A stretch of 52,894 bases of DNA, the filler included, from Streblomastix strix (lineage: Eukaryota), in the NCBI GenBank assembly GCA_008636045.1. It is 3 parts of 3 records of this genome, joined end to end, with 100 filler letters (N's around TTAATTAATTAA, not from the genome) between each part and the next. Parts side by side here need not be neighbours in the genome. Positions count along the whole stretch, not along the records: positions 17,676 to 35,237 come from SNRW01000695.1; positions 35,338 to 52,894 come from SNRW01000696.1; 1 more part is not named here. The stretch is one strand, 5' to 3'. The translations under genes and the position numbers were made by a program. Below the pieces are notes generated by a model. That model was not told the origin of the DNA. It worked only from the letters and a program-made list of their open reading frames with translations, and ran no database searches. Below, piece after piece: positions 22,831 through 36,569 of the stretch (positions are counted from its first letter, which is position 1; each line of letters starts with the position of its first letter).

Positions 22831-25640
22831 TCATTCAAAATTACTTTGATCACAGAAGTAGTTTGAAATTGCTTCTTTAGCGCATTTTGCTCTCAATCTG
22901 AGATTCCGACCAAATTTATCGAATCCAGCTGAAATCATCTGAGAATCAACTTCTTCTATTCCACCTTCTTATTCTGTTTATTCACTTAAATTTTTGAATA
23001 ATTCAGTTTGTTAAGGAAAAGTCGGTCTTGGAAACATCCTTCCATTTTAACAATCTGTGAAAAATCTGCTTATTTTGAACAAGTCGTATTAAATATTTGA
23101 ATTTAATTGCTCACCGTCACCTCCACCAGATCCAATTGATTCAGCCATTACTCGAATATAATCAGAGTCAGTAAGTTGCATTTGAACTGATAAATCTCCC
23201 CACTGTTGAATCCATCCTAAGCATTCACGTGTGTATGTTCTGATATCTGAGGCTGTTTCATCTTCAATTTGATTAATATGTGGACTAATTTTGTATTTGA
23301 ATAGTTTAATTAGTGATTGAATGAGATTTGGTATATCGGCTGCTGATTTACATTTGTCGCTGCTGTTAAAGAGGATCTTTTAGAGTAAATTAAGTGAAGA
23401 AGAAACAATTAAAGGAGAAATGGATGTTTGTTGTTACAATTCAAGATGTTCAACTTTAATGTTATTTAATAATGAAGATGCAAATGGTATAATGATTGAT
23501 GTTATGTGAGGAATAATATTGTGTTATTCTACCAAGAAAATATTGAATTCGGAATTTCTTCTTGAAATACTGGAAATAACTTCAAATATCGATGATTAAA
23601 AATCTTAAATGTGTTGAGTAAAGTGAATTGATATTTGAAATGTACATTATAGTTATTTAGAACAGTTTATATGCATTAAAGGAATTATTCTTTCCATAAT
23701 GAATTTCATTATTTAATCGGGAATCTTAAATTAATCATATGCTTATTGTATATTTTAATCCTTAATTCTAAATTATCCAACAGTTCTAATTGTTATTGAC
23801 AAATATTTTAATTCTTATACATCATATTATTCTTCTAATTAACTTTTAAACTTATTTTATATAACTGAGATGTTCCTATCTAACAATGAAATGCATAGAT
23901 CAATTATTTCATTATCAATCTCATTCTATCTGTTAGTAATCATCAAATAAACATTAACTAATTACACAGCAGTGTCTGAGAAATTGACTTCATTATACTC
24001 ATTCTATTCAATTTCATATTTCTCTTTAATCATTTTAATGATTTAATTGAGAAGTCCTGAACTATTAATATCATTGAAGAATAAATTAATATCGTTATAT
24101 TACATCCCTCGTTCAGAAACAAGTTCAATTATATCTAAAAGTACTTTCTTTATTTCTGCGGTGCAAATGATAATATGTTTCTGAATTATTTTGAATGCAC
24201 ATATATTGAATGCTTATTATAATTCATTAAATTCTTTCTTTTAAAATTATTAAAATATTTCTCTAATTTTCAGTTCCTTTTATTTATTGTTAATAATATT
24301 TTATTCCATGATATTATCAAGTTCTTTGATTTTTTCATTTTAATGAACATTTTAAATTTGATCTTATATAATTATAATAAAAATTAAAAAAATATAAATA
24401 AAATATAGAATAAAATTAAACGCTAATTTTATATTAATTTTATATTAATTTAATATTAATTTTATATTAATAATAAAATAAATTTAAGAATAAAAAATAC
24501 CTCCAATTATCAATTTTTTCCCTTGTTTATTAATCCTTTCGCTAGGCCTAAGTGTTTATTTATTAATAGTTCCTAAAATATTTGAATATTATAAAAATAT
24601 AAACTAAAATTGTATAAATTATATTAAATTATATTAATAATAGAATTTCAAAAAAAATCAATTTATACCTCGATTGCTGCTTTATAGCAATCTTCCTTTC
24701 ATTTAAGATGTCTATTAATTATGTAATGTTTATTAATTTGCCAATTTAATATTTTTCTTAGGTAAGGATGCAGATCGACTATCAGAATTAATTATAGAGA
24801 ATGATGATTATTTTTATTTTTTCTATTTTTCATAATTGTTTGTAGTATCTGTTTATCCATTTTAGGAGTATTTATTGTTTGAAGTACTTCTTACATTTGA
24901 ATATGGAATCTGTTGGATAATTAAATTATTTTTTTGTTGTTTTGAGATAATCTTAGGGAGGATTATTTATTATTTGTTTTTTGTTGGTGGTTATCTATTT
25001 ATAAAATTTTTATCAATTACTTTTTATTTTATAGGTAATTTTACTTACTTTTCAATTATTTTGGATTAAGGAGTAATAAAAGACGATTTTTATACTGAAG
25101 AAGAATTTTAAGATGTCGAATTTGTTGTATTCACATATAATTTAGATGATTTATTAAGTTTATTTAAGAGAGTAACTTATGAAACTTTTCCTTTTCGATT
25201 GTCTTTTTCTACTTCATTTCAATCTTTTTCTTTATTTATTACTTTCACCATTTCTCCTTTCTTGAATGAGATGAAATCTGATCCACTTCCTTTACTTGTC
25301 TAATCTGCAATGGCTTTGTTGATTTATTTTGAACTTTGCATGAATTTAGTAAATGAATATTTCTCTGAATATTAATTAAAAAACGAAATTAATAAATAAA
25401 AAAGATACAATTTATTGAGTACATCAACATTAATTGGTTTGATTTTCTTCAGAGGATTAGTATTAGTGGAGAGGTGATTATAAGTTTTAGAAATTTAGGC
25501 ATTTTTACCCATCTTTTCGTAGATTTATTTTGCATGTTTTTGTTGTAATTTGAATTAAATCGTAAATAAATAATTATTTATATGTTATAAGAATGAAATT
25601 TCTACTTGGGATGTCGTAGGAGCAGTTTTAATGTAAATCT
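22831..25640 (-). pseudogene. Decayed SH3 + Pro-rich linker + ARM/HEAT-like family gene (5' end approximate)
   Basis: KAIADQTSKGSGSDFISFKKGEMVKVINKEKD*NEVEKDNRKGKV is SH3-like with the conserved Trp codon as TGA (25219-25221). C-terminus EGGIEEVDSQM...AKEAISNYF resembles the contig-3 family. Ends at TGA 22831-22833. Confidence 0.6.
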
Positions 25641-26068
25641 ATAAAAAAGTTTATTGACTGACTTGATTGAAATTAGTGATACATCTGATACATTCAATAT
25701 ATATCATATATATCACGTCTTAATCTTCCTAAAGATTTTTCTCAACAATTTTACAACAATCATATTTGCAGTCAATTTATTTTTTTAATAAAATTGAAAA
25801 ATATTAATTATTATTTTGTTGAAATATTAGATTGAGAAACAGCACAAAGTTCTCAAAAGCAGCTTGATAAGCATGAATTTGAAGGATGACAGCTTCATGT
25901 ATTAGTTTGTGCAAATGTAATGATGTGAATTTGAGTGAAATTAATAAAAAATTGGATAAATATAGAATATTAATAAAAAAGAAAAATCTAACCCCGACCG
26001 AATATAAGTTAACAATAAATAATTATTATCCAATCAATAACTGTTACTCAGCAAAGAGCATCAATATT

Positions 26069-28048
26069 TCATTTCTATTCACTATCCTTCTTATCCACAT
26101 TATCCTCTTTATTGTCATCTTCCTTTGGATTGTTGATATTATTAGTATCTCTTGGATGCACAGGAGGTGTTGTTGAAACCTTCTTTGTCTAATGAGTAAC
26201 ATTCAAAGGAGGTGGACTTCTTGAAACTCTTCTGTGAAGATCAGCATATCCTTATTTGACTAAAGGAACCGGTGAAGGTGAATTAGAATGATGGGTATGT
26301 ATATGAATATGAATATTTGTATCTGCATCTGTATCCGAATCACGATCAGGAGATTATGACTATTTCCTCTTATCATTATCTAGACTTGGAGATTGGCTGT
26401 ATCTTTTCCTTAAGAAATCTTAATATATTTCTGGAGATGCGTATCTGTGTGGATGATGCGTGTCATGTGTTGGTGCCACATCAGTTGCAGAAGGTGGACT
26501 TCGCGGCCTTCTGTGGTTGTATGCATATGTTATGGGCCCTTTTGGAGGTGGGGTTAATCTACGGATGTATTTCTTAACTTTGGGCTTTGGTTTGGATGGA
26601 ATCTCGGGTATTTGCGAATGGAATTATGTGTTGATCTGTGTGGCTTATCTATGGGCTCTGTTGGATGATGAATAATAACCTTGTGATAAATGGCTGGATT
26701 CTTCAATGCTTTAAAGATGCGAATCTCGCCTTGTTTCTGCATCTGGTTCAGTATTGCTTAGTTATGAGATTGATTTCTCAAATCTATTTTTCTATTACTA
26801 AATAGCAAGAACCTAAGGAGATGAAATCTATTGTGTTTGTTCCTGTGTTTGTATCTTCTATTGATATTAATCAATATTTTCCTTTTATTTCTATAGAATA
26901 CTCAATGCGCTTTCTTATTCTCCATCATCAAGTTCTTCCATAGCATGTATATGCGCATCATTTGATTCAGCTGAGAGTATTTCAGCTCTTACTTTCTCAA
27001 TAGATTCAGCAGCAGCTTAGTTAACAGCATCTCTTCTCACTTTATTGTCATCAACTAAGATATTAAAGTTAATTATGAATTCTTCCTTTGGGCCATTGTC
27101 AGAACGACTGAATCTCAGCTTCATAAGTCCCAATTATAATATCTTTGCTGAATCTGGATCTGGTCCTTCTTATTGTGTTGCAGTCCTTGGATCAGCCGCT
27201 AATTCAATCAGAATCTAGCGGATCTCACCAGACGAAAGATCGCTCATTTGAATAGCAATATCTTCTATATATCCAGAAACTGCATCTAAGCTTCCTTCTT
27301 ATATTCTTTCTTATGTGATTTCATATCCATAGACCTTAACACCAATTACTGACACGGGTCTGAGGTAATTTGCTTCAGTTCGACGTGAAACTAATTCTTT
27401 TGCAATATTTAATTCTGCCTGTAATAACCCTACAAGATTCAAAGCCTATCTAGTATGGTAGAAATTGCCTCCACCAAAGTGCGCTATTTTTTGCATCGTT
27501 ACTTCATCGTAATCCAAACCAACTCCAATAGTTGAAACTGTGATTCCTTGTTCCCTTTTCTGTCCTGCGATAAAACCTAGCTCTTCAGCTCCTTGAATTC
27601 CTTCGTTCGCCTGTCCATCAGAGATAAGCAAAATTCTCTTAATTCCTTATGCTGATGGTTCACTTAGCATCTGCTAAGCACGAATTAGTGCATCTGAAAT
27701 GTTTGTAGAACCACCAATTTCAATTCCAGCAAGTACACGTTTCAGACGTTCCTTATCCTTTGCTGGAGTTATTTTTTGGCGTGTTGTAACGATATTATCG
27801 AATTCTACGATACCCAGTTTATCTCTCTCTTCAAGCTAGTCCACAAGAACTTATCCGGCTTCAATAGCATGAGGAAGCTTATTCTCCAATTGCATGTTGC
27901 CTGACTTGTCGATAACGAGTACCATGCAAACAGGAGAACGTTCAACGGTCTTCGGTGCAGTTATTGTAACAAGCGCATGTATTTTAACTTGTGAACTAAT
28001 GCTTTCAATCACACGAACGCTGTAATCAACAGTCATTAAATCGCTCAT
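26069..28048 (-). CDS. Intronless vWA domain protein (YfbK/COG2304-like) with Pro/Ser/Arg/His-rich tail, 659 aa
   Basis: Continuous frame under table 6 (1980 nt). VLVIDKSGNM (MIDAS DxSxS variant), GGSTNISDAL, ILLISDGQANEG, GITVSTIGVGLDYDE, GGGNFYH. Stop TGA at 26069-26071. Confidence 0.85.
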
Positions 28049-29949
28049 TTTATTTATTCGAAGTTTTTATCTTTAAAATAAAAAAAAGAATATTAATATA
28101 TACTATATACAATAATGTTATAGAAAAAGTATATTAAAATGAACAATAAACACAAAATTACAACAAGGAGCATGCATTACGCTCAAATTTCCAAGATTTT
28201 TTAGTTTCGCAATATAGGCATGAGTATGAGATAGTTTGTATTTAATATTATATTATATAAATGTAAATTTGCAAAGCATATTTTTTATTTCTACTAATTT
28301 CGAGCTTGTCGTTTAGCAATAGTATTATGCTTTTTTCTCGCCCATTATATATTAATTTGTTGCTGCATATATATAAATATTTTAAATGTCATAAATTTAA
28401 TTTAATTTTTAAGAAATAATTATTTTCTAATATATGATAACTTTCATATATGATTTATTAATTTTTTTTATAAAATAAAATTTCCAAACTCACTTCATGA
28501 AAATAAAAACAACTATTCCACTCAAATTAATAAAATTTATATTTTTAAATATATTTTTTATTTTGATTTTGTTCTTTTTCCTATTAATAGCTTAATTCAA
28601 TAATATTCAAAAAGAATCTTTTCAATTCCGGTATTACAATCCTTAATCTGATAATGAATGAAAATCATTAGTTATTCATTGAATATCTTTTTTAGTTGCA
28701 TAAATAAGAAAAAATAAATTAAATATGAATATTTAAGTTATTTTTAAAAAATTACCTTTAACTTATGAACTTTATTTTTTAGGTTGTTATTATATTTGAG
28801 CTTTTGAACATGAAATGATATTTTTCGAAGTTTAATTTCCTTTTGTTAGATAGGTTTAATTTGCGAATTGATATTATTAAGTAGATTTAAATGAGATCTT
28901 GATTTTTCAGATGTTAGTGGTTTAATCTTATTGTTATTGGATGATATTAAAGAGTATTTTAAATTTATTATAGAATTTGCGCAATGTATTGATTTTTAAA
29001 CAGGGAAATCTGGTTTAATTTTGAAGTGAACTTAGTTTTGCACATTAATCATTTGTTTTGGTTATATTATTATTGATTTTAAAATCTAACAGTTACTATC
29101 AGTCTCTCACTTCTGAATTTTAGATTTAAAATTAAAAATATATTATTATTATGCAATAAATTATTAAATTCTATAATTATAAATATTTAAGCCAAGAAAG
29201 AAAAATAAAAAATCGTAAGGTAAGAGTTAAACACAAATAAATTACTTTGGAACATATATAAGATTTTAGCACGAACTTCTATTGACTAATTACCAAGTGA
29301 TTCAACCAATACTTGTAGTTTTTTTTAATAATTAAAAAAGAAATCGAAACTTTGCAATTTTTCGGGAAATTCCCTTTTTATTAGACTAATAATTGTGACA
29401 ATAGTGGTAAAAACGATAATTGTAGGCAATCATTGAATAACCGTAACTTGGTTTAACTGATTCATACATAAATTTCTAAATTTCCTAAATTGTATCCTCT
29501 CGCCTTCCCTGACGGAAGACATATTAGCCAATCACGCTCAATTCACTCAAAAGAACAACGCTAATGCTGGAATGGCAAGAAGAACAAGCATGAGGTTCCT
29601 TTAAAATCGATATAGCGAAAATACAGAAAATCAGGAAAATCTCTATAAAATTTAATGTTACATACTTTATTTAAACATTACCTTTACCTGGTAATAAGCT
29701 TACCCCACCACTTTGAGATTGCTTAAAAGCTGATTCTGGTGAACTGCACATTTTTATTTGTTTTGTATGATTACTTGGAATGGGTTATGATCGACAGTTT
29801 TAATTTTATTAATCTATCATGCCTTTTAAGTAGAAATTTAGAAAAAAATTTAAAATTTAATATATTTATTATTTTTAAAATTAAATATTATTTAATATAA
29901 ATGGTTTCAGTTTTAACCCAAATTATTCAAATTATAAAAAAATCAGATT

Positions 29950-30860
29950 ATTTTCTACATCTAATTACTTCATTACCTAGTGAATGGCTTTTGGTGTTTG
30001 TTCTTCAATCGCATATTTACCAGTTTTGAATAAATAACTTATATATTTGATGTTTTAAGGGTTTTCAATGCGTTTTAGCCAGTGCTATAGCCAAAATGTT
30101 GGGCAGATAGCTTCATTATCTAAAGATCTAAATATAATTTCTACGCCAACTTCATATCCTTTCCACATTTCTGAATTTATGATCCAGCATCCATTCTGAT
30201 TCTCTCTTACATTAGTTCTTAATATTTCTACCATGCTGAAAGTGCAAAATGCCATTATAGAAGTGAAAATGCAGCCAAGGAATTGTTCTTCAGATAGTTA
30301 TTCAATGACCAATGCTAGTTGTTCAATAAAAATTAGTAAGGGATTAAGGCTATAAGATGTTGTTTCATTTATAGGTTGTTTGACTTTGGCTTTTATTATC
30401 TTCAAAGTTAATTTTTACATTTTCCAATTTATCTTTATATAATGGAGTCCTGCTGCTTTAAGTAATATTGAAATCACATTAGCACTCTCTATTGTAATTG
30501 CTAAAGACGCATTTTTAACTTTAAAAAGTTGATACGTAATATCAAATCAAACTTTAGGTCTTTCTAAGATTTAATTTCAGATAATTATCTTCCAGTTTAA
30601 TACCAAAATGTTTTGAATTATTAATATATATAGCGATATCTTTTCCAGATAGTGTGCCATGAATTTATTGCTCTCTCAATACTTGTTTCATTTAATCATC
30701 TTTCTTCTAAGATTACTTTGAAGAGTTCTTCACATTCTTACCTTCCAGCCCTGAAATTTATAATTGTCCTTATGATATATCTTTCCTTTTTTTTTTCTCA
30801 TTCTTCTCCCAGCATCCAACAACTCTTAGCAAGGACCTAGAACAACGTTTTATATAGCAA
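29950..30860 (-). pseudogene. Tyrosine recombinase remnant of the DIRS element
   Basis: LAAFSLLQWHFAL/MAFCTFSMVEILR region and ICPTFWLQHWLK resemble the YR core; heavily frameshifted. Confidence 0.55.
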
Positions 30861-32658
30861 TTTTTTGTAAATCTGTCCATCAATCTTGTGCTATCCACCT
30901 TGGATATATGAACACTGCGATTCTTCCTCTGTTATCGAGTTTGTTCAGTGATCTTTGGATTAGTGGAATCAGAGGATGTAACGGTGTTATTTCCATACTC
31001 CAAGAGATTTTCAACCAATCATACTTAACAGCCCGTGGGTCTACTGTCATTGAACAAAACCTTCCATATTATCCATTCTTTCTAATTGCGAATTTGTCGA
31101 TTGATAGTTGGATCCGGAGGAGTTCTAGAGTTTTTGATAATATTACCGGACTAATCATATAATCTTCACTTATTTCTAGGCGAAATAATGAATAAGCGAC
31201 TTAATTTTCTTATTCTTGGACGTAACGAGATGTTAGTTATATTTTCAATCTTTCTGCTTCTCAAAAAATTCGATCAGTTAACTTAACAAATGCTGTTGCT
31301 GCTGCTCCTCTCCTGATGTTAAAGGCTGCCACCGCGTTATCTGTCTCGATCCTTAGACTACTGATTTTACCAACATTTGAATAATATTCTAGCTTATGTA
31401 TCTCTAAGAAGATAGCTGCAATCTCCCTCTGATTCGAACAAGTTAGTCGCTAGTTTTCTTTTATTCACTTTCCACTGTTTTTATTCTTCATTTTCGAGCT
31501 CAATATATCCAATTAAGTCCTCCATCCGTCTTCTAAGATACCTATTCTCAGAATAGCTTCTATTGGAAATATTGAAGCTCTTATTGGATTATTATTTCTG
31601 ATCTAATTTAACCACAAGAGTATTTCTGGTAATACTCTTCTACCCATCCACAGATAGCCCTTCCAACCGTATGTCTATACTGTTTTTACTTTTCTTTTGG
31701 TTCAATATCCTAATATGAAGTCCCATTCGCTTAAATTAAAGTCTGAGGAAATTAATCTTGCTTATCATTCTGGATAAATATTTGATTTTCTTTGATTATT
31801 ATAGTTGCGATATTTTTCTCCATTTCAAAAGAATTGTGATCATCTCTGTTCTTCTTTGTATTGTCATTGGTATCAGATCATCTGAAGAATTGATTACCCA
31901 GCCAAGAAATTCTACCTTTTGAGTTGAAATTAATAACGATTATCTTTGAAGATGCTTCAACCCAACGATCCAAGTTTGATCACGATCTCTATAACTTATA
32001 ATTGGAGTTGCTTTTTGATTTGTCAAAGAAAGATCAAGTTGCCGCTATAAGCAAAACTTCTCATTCCTAAAGTTTCTCTGTGGTACTTCATAACTGATCT
32101 CATTGTTTTTATGAATACGAATGAGGTATGTTTTATTACAAATGGCATTCTTTTGCATCTGTGTGTCTTATTCTTGAACTTGAAACCCAGATAATTATTA
32201 AGGTTATTGTCCACAATTACATGATGATATGCATTTTCTATATCTATCTTGATTACCCAATCGAACGGTTTCAGTATCTCTCTTAGTACATAAATATTCT
32301 CTATTTTGAACTGTTCTTCTTTTAATTGAATGTTTAACTCTGAACAATCTGTTATTTTCTTCCATTTACCTCGACCTCTCTTTGGTATCGCAAACACAGG
32401 ATTGAACCATTTTATCATATTTTCTTCCACTTCCTCTATTAATCTATTCTGTAATTTTTTCATTATCAGACTTTCCAGCTATTTGTCGCTCTGCGACGCA
32501 CTTGTTTGATCTGAAATTCTTCTGTTTCCATCTAGCTATTCTTTACTTTATTATGATGTCCATTTAGCTTGAATTCTTACTTTTACTATATCCAGAGTTC
32601 CAATTTATTGCCACGCATTTAGGAATTGTTTTAATCTGTTTCCAATAGGGAATTTCAT
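30850..32658 (-). pseudogene. DIRS pol remnant (reverse transcriptase, RNase H, methyltransferase-like)
   Basis: PIGNRLKQFLNAW; WFNPVFAIPKRGRGKWKKITDC; KIDIENAYHHV; MPF; YxDD decayed to YSGN; FLGW; RIETDNAVAAFNI (RNase H); LHPLIPLIQRSLNK...YPRWIAQD*W (MT). Confidence 0.8.
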
Positions 32659-34562
32659 GTCTATGAGATGGTACTGTGGTGAATTAATAGGAACTTTGCT
32701 GGAATTATTCTGTTTAATTGACGGAATTGTCTGAGGTGTATTAAATGGAGTTGAGATTTTGGAGTCTTAAAACAGTGGAATTGCTTTAATTGGGATATAC
32801 CATGGTTTGATGTCTATTGTTGGTTGGTTATATTGAAATTGCTGATGTGACATATTAAGTAGATTGTAGCTGATCCGTAGTGTAGTTTTTTTGTAGTTAT
32901 CTCGGTTAAACGCTTATTTATGGGGTATAATTAATTGAAATTTAGTGCATATAAATAATACTATTCTGAGAGAGTATTTGTTGATTACTATTCTCTAACA
33001 ATGTTCTATCTAAATAAAGAGCTTTGCTAGTATTTTATTGTTTATATTGATGGTATTTATTCTCTAGATTTCGGTCCTTGAATTGATGATAATCCTTATT
33101 CAAGATCTGGATATTATCGTCTTTGAAATGGTTAATTGTTTACCTCTAGAAAATTTATTAAGAATTATTTAGATTTGTTAAATCCTATTTTGGAACACTA
33201 ACCTTTCTCACGTTACATTGACTTAGATTAAGACTCTAGATATGAACGTAGGGATGATGTGTGTTACTCCTATTATTCTTAATCTATCTATCTGGGTTGT
33301 GAGGAACACTAGCTTATATCATGTTACTTTAATCCAGCAGATTCTAGATAGAAATGTCGATCTATGTTGTATTATACTTCATTTTTTAGTTGATTTATTA
33401 ATTTATTCTCAAAAACGCTTCTCCAGTTCCTCCACCGAGAGCGAATTTGATTCTTTATCGTTATTATTATTAGTCCTGAACCTGAACCATCGTTTGAAGC
33501 TATTTCTTTTTAGATTTCCTTATCCTACCCTTTTTATTTATCTACTGTTTCTTTGTTTCGTTCTCTGATTTGCATTCCCTAGATTGAACGATTTCTAATT
33601 ATTGAAGCTGGTAAACTTAAAATTTGATTATGATATTTTTTATTTTCAACAATCATTGTTTAGTTATATCTGAATAGATTTCAATCCTATCTGGTTTTTC
33701 ATACACTCAGTCAGCTATTTGTTCTCTTATGAGCTATGCATCACTTGTTGCTAATATTGATAATTTGTACCCATCAATTTACTTATCAATTAACCATTTA
33801 GTATTACCAATTGCGACATTCAGAAGTAGATCCGGAAATACATGTAAAATATCTCCAGACGACTCAATCGCATTAAGAACGATCGGAAATCTTTCTCCAT
33901 AAGCGGATGTGCGAATGAATGGAACTTTCTATAGTCCATTCGCATGCTTCCACTAAACTTTTGAAACAAGAATCAGTCTTTCCATTGATGAGGTATCTAT
34001 AGATTTTGGATCAAAATTCTTGATTTCCAATCCACAGATTCCTTCGAGCATTTATCTCAAATTGATAGCTGCATTTTTTTTCTTATTTGGACTCAAATTC
34101 AGCATATTTTTGAATTAATTATCAAATTATTGTTAAAAAAACATTTACAGAGCGTTTTATGTTCCTGTCGCGAAACTGATTGCAGCAGCTGCTGGTATTG
34201 GTGTTATCCTGGTTTCATCATTTCTAGCTTATTGATTCACTTCAATTGGAGCTATATGTCACCCAATATTGGCATATGGTTGTTGATTCAGTGAGGATTA
34301 GGCCAATAAGTCGTTTTCTTCATCCATGGATAGTCTTCTACGTTTCAGTGTTTTTATATTTCTATCTATTGCAACTCCGCTATTAGCTAAAGACTTGCGC
34401 GTAAGATAGCTTTCAAAATCTCTAGATGGTTCACTTGAGCTCGAGCTCTAGACATCCTCGTTTAGTAAATCATTTCAAATAGGTAACAACAATGCCTTTT
34501 AATGGTTGTTCGATTCAAAATAAAATCTTTGGAATTGAATGCTTGATTATGACTCGTTAAAT

Positions 34563-35237
34563 ATGCCATAGCGTTAAACCCGAACCAAAAAACTCTATTA
34601 AAGAGGATAATGGGGAGCAGAGCCCATTATCGAGCAGGGATACTCCAAACAAGGGAGATCAACATTGAGATCTCCCTCTGGAACAGAGAAGAGGAGCGCG
34701 CTGATGAAGACGGCACCTCAGGAGACGGAGGAAAGTATTGGAGAATTAGTTTTTAAAGAAAAGGATTATGGAATGGGTGAAAGACTAAAAGATTTATATA
34801 AACATGGAAACAGATAAGCAAAGAAGACTTCATAAATACTGGATTTTATCTGAGATTTAAAGACTAGAAAAGCTAATAAAGATTAAAGGAAAATAAAATA
34901 ATAATCTCATTTGGAGGAACATAAGAAGAAAAGAAAGCATATCAGGAAATTTTGAAAGAAGAGTTGGAGGAAGGAATAGTAATACCTATATAATAAGACC
35001 AAGTGAAATGGTGGAACCATACATTTCTGATAAAGAAACCTAATGGAACATGGAGGAAAATTTTGGATGCGAGCAAATTGAACAAGGAAATAGAGAAACT
35101 ACATTTCAAAATGCATGGACTAGAGGAAGTACAATACCTAGCAAACTAAATGGATTATGCAACATCCCTCGACCTTAAATCAGCATTTCACCACATCACA
35201 GTATCTCCAAACTCAATACCATACCTAGCATTTAACT
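34563..35237 (+). mobile_element. DIRS-type reverse transcriptase N-terminal part, lacking gag, cut by the contig end
   Basis: Open frame GERLKDLYKTW...EELEEGIVIPI...KWWNHTFLIKKPNGTWRKILDASKLN...HFKMHGL...SLDLKSAFHHITV...YLAFN. Confidence 0.85.
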
Positions 35238-35337
35238 NNNNNNNNNNNNNNNNNNNNNNNNNNNNNNNNNNNNNNNNNNNNTTAATTAATTAANNNNNNN
35301 NNNNNNNNNNNNNNNNNNNNNNNNNNNNNNNNNNNNN
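35238..35337. other. Artificial contig-joining linker (N44-TTAATTAATTAA-N44)
   Basis: Same 100 nt structure as 17576-17675. Confidence 0.97.
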
Positions 35338-36569
35338 ATTTCTTCCAATTTTTATTAGGCTCTGGATTAATATATTTGATAGAAAAGAATTTGAAATTTG
35401 AATAATTTGAACAAATAAAAGATTAAGAAATTAAGAAAATGAAAGAAAATATAAGATTTTAAACCGTTGCTTTTATATGTTGCATGAGAAAAATGTATGA
35501 AAGTTCTGAAATAAATCTCTTTATATGTGGATTAACCTTAAACAATACATTGAAAAATCTTACTCAGAGTTTATTGAACTTATCCAAAGAAGATAATTAT
35601 AATCATTAATAAAAGGGTAAAAGCATTGAAATTTCAAATCAAAGTAATATTGATAATATAATTGAAACAATTATATAAGCTTTAACCTCAGTAGGTTATC
35701 TTGCATCTCAGCCGCATAATGCAATGATACTCTTCAACAGCTTCCAGATATATGAACTTATTATACCTTTCATTCACACCAACTGTGACTGTCCACTTAG
35801 AATAACCATTAATAAAACACTAAATGTTACAAAATTGATCTCATCTGCTTATTATGCTCTTTCGAATTTAATATAATCATACAACGGACAAGGTGTATAT
35901 GAAACCATCAACAACAATAATATTTTAGATCATATTTCATATCTTATTCTTTCCTGTGAAAAGCCAAATTTCAAAGGATCATCTACTTAATATTCAATAA
36001 CAGAAGAATCAAATCTTATTACTTAAAGATTTATTCCTTCAATTTTGATTAGAGAATCAGTTCGTCTTCTTGGTCAATTGAGCGAATCTCCATAAATATT
36101 AATTAAGATCCCTCATATGTCAAATCTAATATAAATATTAATCCAATTAGCTTATTGCGGAGAAATCAATGGTGAAAGTTCACCATAATAATCTTAGATA
36201 TAATATAATTGCTTGATAGTGATTTATAGCCAAGTCAATAGTTAAAGCTTTGATTTAGCAGAATTGTTGATCCGTGAAATGAATCTGATACAAAAGACTT
36301 CTGATATGATATGCATCGCTGGAGGTCAATCCAGCAAATATGAATATATAACTTCAATTAATCTAGGAATTTTGTCAAAATTTTACAAGATTCTCAAATT
36401 CGGAACAAATTAGCAAAGCGCACAACAATTGTTTGATTAGCTTTTATAAAAGACAGAAGAATAGGGGTTAAGAGAAGAAGATGATGCGCTGATTTTCCAT
36501 TCTGATTTTCACAAAAATCGCAGTGTTTCATAGATGGCGCATTCTGTGAAAGATTATTTCTCCTGTTGA
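35338..36569 (+). CDS. ARM/HEAT-like lineage-specific family protein, 3' part (paralog A)
   Basis: Open frame FFQFLLGSGLIYL...PFIHTNCDCPL...SAYYALSNL...IEEIGVKRR-like acidic C-terminal motif ending DDALIFHSD. Stop TGA at 36567-36569. Confidence 0.75.

Larger units (their letters stand above)
29300..34540 (-). mobile_element. Degenerate near-full-length DIRS-type retrotransposon (gag-like, RT-RNaseH-MT, tyrosine recombinase); ends approximate
   Basis: Gag-like ORF ~32700-34480, pol ~30850-32660 and YR remnant ~29950-30860, in DIRS order, with several TGA codons and frameshifts. Confidence 0.8.

Noticed and set aside
24424..24470. 11 bp AT tandem repeat (also a 12 bp repeat at ~42681-42715)
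   Set aside because: Ordinary slippage in AT-rich intronic or intergenic DNA.
25219..25221. TGA at the conserved SH3 Trp as evidence for TGA=Trp or selenocysteine recoding
   Set aside because: TGA terminates all intact genes here and TGG is used for Trp. The locus shows other decay, so a TGG-to-TGA mutation is simpler.
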